From positions 2,533,738-2,585,377 of the forward strand of contig CP070639.1 of the NCBI GenBank assembly GCA_020354045.1: DNA of 51,640 nt, in the 5' to 3' direction. A program made the position numbers and the translations under genes. A model generated the notes under the pieces. That model made no database searches and was not told where the DNA came from. It was given only the letters and a program-made list of their open reading frames with translations. Positions 50,562-51,640 of this stretch are shown one piece after another; within the stretch, counting starts at the first letter, position 1; each line of letters opens with the position of its first letter. The DNA is from Anaerolineales bacterium (GTDB taxonomy: Bacteria > Chloroflexota > Anaerolineae > Anaerolineales > UBA4823).

Positions 50562-50593
50562 ATGAAAAGCAAAAAATCCATACTCCAGTACGG
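50562..50593 (-). terminator. Putative intrinsic terminator downstream of tRNA-Gly (hairpin with T-runs on both strands)
   Basis: Minus-strand read ATCCGTAC-TGGA-GTATGGAT (one G-U pair) followed by TTTTTTGCTTTT. The plus-strand read is followed by TTTTTTTT. Confidence 0.45.
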
Positions 50594-50603
50594 ATTTTTT
50601 TTG

Positions 50604-50676
50604 AGCGGGTGATGGGATTCGAACCCACGAAATGGTAGCTTGGGAAGCTACTGCCTTACCACTTGGCGACACCCGC
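50604..50676 (-). tRNA. tRNA-Gly (anticodon CCC)
   Basis: Hand-folded. Acceptor GCGGGTG/CACCCGC; anticodon stem GTAGC/GCTAC with loop TTCCCAA; T-arm GTGGG-TTCGAAT-CCCAT; discriminator U; 73 nt with no encoded CCA. Confidence 0.85.
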
Positions 50677-50690
50677 ATAATCTTCATGAG

Positions 50691-50719
50691 ATTATAGCCA
50701 GCGGCAAACCGGATGTCAA
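50691..50719 (-). promoter_or_regulatory. Consensus sigma-70 promoter for tRNA-Gly
   Basis: On the minus strand: TTGACA, 17 nt, TATAAT, then 14 nt to the first tRNA base. Both hexamers are perfect consensus. Confidence 0.6.
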
Positions 50720-50802
50720 GGAAAATTTTGTTCGAGCATTGTTTACCACAAGCTATATAATGTTTTCTCACCAACCACTTAAGTGACAATCAAAAAAAGG
50801 GG

Positions 50803-50994
50803 TTGATTTTTGTCCGAATTTATGTCATAATTAACGCAATTGTAAGGTTCTTTAATAAGCCTATAAGCAAATTATTTGGCGGCTATGAACTAGGGATGAT
50901 ATTTGGTCGCTTATCTCTTAAGCGTGTATTATTTTAAGGGGATAGTCCTTAGGGAGCCAGAAGCGAAACCGGCCATGTGGCCGGTTTTTCTTTT
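50803..50994 (+). ncRNA. Candidate small non-coding RNA (promoter-like TTGATT-17nt-CATAAT at 50803-50831, then ~150 nt, then intrinsic terminator at 50966-50994)
   Basis: No credible ORF lies in this interval. The terminator stem AACCGGCC-ATGT-GGCCGGTT is followed by TTTCTTTT, and an internal hairpin CGCTTA-TCTCT-TAAGCG sits at ~50909-50925. The promoter call is weak. Confidence 0.25.
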
Positions 50995-51204
50995 GTCGGC
51001 AGATATACAAAATTTTTCCAGGTTAAATCGGTACTATTTGTACGTCGTTTTATGGAATAGGGTGGATTCGGGCGTGAATAAAAATCATGTATGCACATAA
51101 CCAGTTTGGATTGAGGGAGGCTATTTAGTGATTGTTACCGACAACCTTTTTACTAGACATTTTAGTCTACATAACTAGATAAACTCGCAGAAGGAGCGAA
51201 CCTA

Positions 51205-51640
51205 ATGAAAAAAATATTTACTTTTGGATTAATTATGTTTCTTGTGCTCGTGGCTTTAGGCGCATCGGTCATAGCAACATTAGCCTCAACACTTACATGG
51301 ACTGATCCAGGAGGCAGTGGCTTGGAGATCACATTTACGACCCCGGATCTTTACCCTTCCTGCTCCAGTCCAGGTGATCGCATTTATACAACAGGGATAC
51401 CAGATAAGTGGACGTTAAAGGGCCATGTAAATGTAATTGTTGCCCAGGCGGATGGATCGTACAAAAGCGTAAAATATTACATTATTGATCAATTTGGAAA
51501 TCTGGATTTGATAGTTGAATATCCTCCAGCCTGGACATGGCCTTACCTCCCACCACCTGCGGACACCCGCGAAGTTCACGTAGACTTAGCTATCGTGGTT
51601 CGAGATGAGAATGGCCAGATTGTACCCTGGGTGGGGGGAG
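51205..51640 (+). CDS. Secreted hypothetical protein, 5' part only (runs off the window end)
   Basis: AAGGAG 8 nt upstream of the ATG. MKKIFTFGLIMFLVLVALGASVIATLA is a signal peptide; the ORF stays open to the window end. Confidence 0.5.
   Translation, partial: MKKIFTFGLIMFLVLVALGASVIATLASTLTWTDPGGSGLEITFTTPDLYPSCSSPGDRIYTTGIPDKWTLKGHVNVIVAQADGSYKSVKYYIIDQFGNLDLIVEYPPAWTWPYLPPPADTREVHVDLAIVVRDENGQIVPWVGG

Noticed and set aside
50444-50638. 64-aa ORF ending ...FFERVMGFEPTKW
   Set aside because: It runs across the perfect inverted repeat, the terminator hairpin and the 3' half of tRNA-Gly on the opposite strand; it is not coding.
50903-51100. 65-aa ORF in the tRNA-Gly / secreted-protein intergenic region
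   Set aside because: It spans an intrinsic terminator hairpin and has no RBS; the region is more plausibly non-coding (see the candidate sRNA).

Overview
The window is a 51.6-kb stretch of bacterial chromosome, densely coding on both strands and dominated by housekeeping genes. I found no rRNA, no CRISPR array, and no transposase or integrase, and I saw no phage-like block.

Genes I recognise:
- TCA cycle: malate dehydrogenase and citrate synthase side by side; succinyl-CoA synthetase sucC and sucD.
- Lipid metabolism: acpP, fabF, plsX.
- Isoprenoid: type-2 IPP isomerase next to a polyprenyl synthase.
- Glycolysis: class II fructose-bisphosphate aldolase, pyruvate kinase.
- Amino acid metabolism: ilvE, alanine dehydrogenase, argF.
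- Redox and cofactors: trxB, a UbiB/ABC1 kinase, hemW.
- Chromosome and ribosome: scpB with rluB; rsmD.
- Cell envelope: an LCP (LytR-CpsA-Psr family) protein, a UDP-glucuronate decarboxylase with a GtrA-family protein, and a zinc-ribbon/LysM protein.

Two tRNAs are present: tRNA-Leu(GAG) on the plus strand and tRNA-Gly(CCC) on the minus strand, the latter with a textbook sigma-70 promoter.

The PT-rich linkers, the TIGR03663/PMT-like membrane protein and the zinc-ribbon-LysM architecture suggest a Chloroflexi-like (Anaerolineae-type) organism. That is my inference, not a computed result.

Loci worth a second look:
1. A ParA ATPase translationally coupled to a PAS-containing hybrid kinase/receiver in which both phospho-acceptor residues look substituted (His to Lys, Asp to Asn). 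A perfect 16-bp inverted repeat sits upstream.
2. A tight co-directional module: small His/Trp-rich protein, hotdog thioesterase, ChlI/BchI-like AAA+ ATPase carrying an inserted Cys4 zinc ribbon, and a URO-D-like protein. No ChlD or ChlH partner is present.
3. An SPFH (Band_7_1/YdjI-like) protein fused to an excisionase-type HTH, preceded by a helical protein.
4. An orphan 775-aa zinc-ribbon protein with methyltransferase-like DPPW and FGxS motif remnants.
5. A 1151-aa GT39/PMT-like membrane domain fused to an NHL beta-propeller, with PT-rich candidate substrate proteins nearby.
6. A candidate ~150-nt sRNA with its own promoter and intrinsic terminator.

All domain calls come from reading motifs by eye in the translations. 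No database search was possible.
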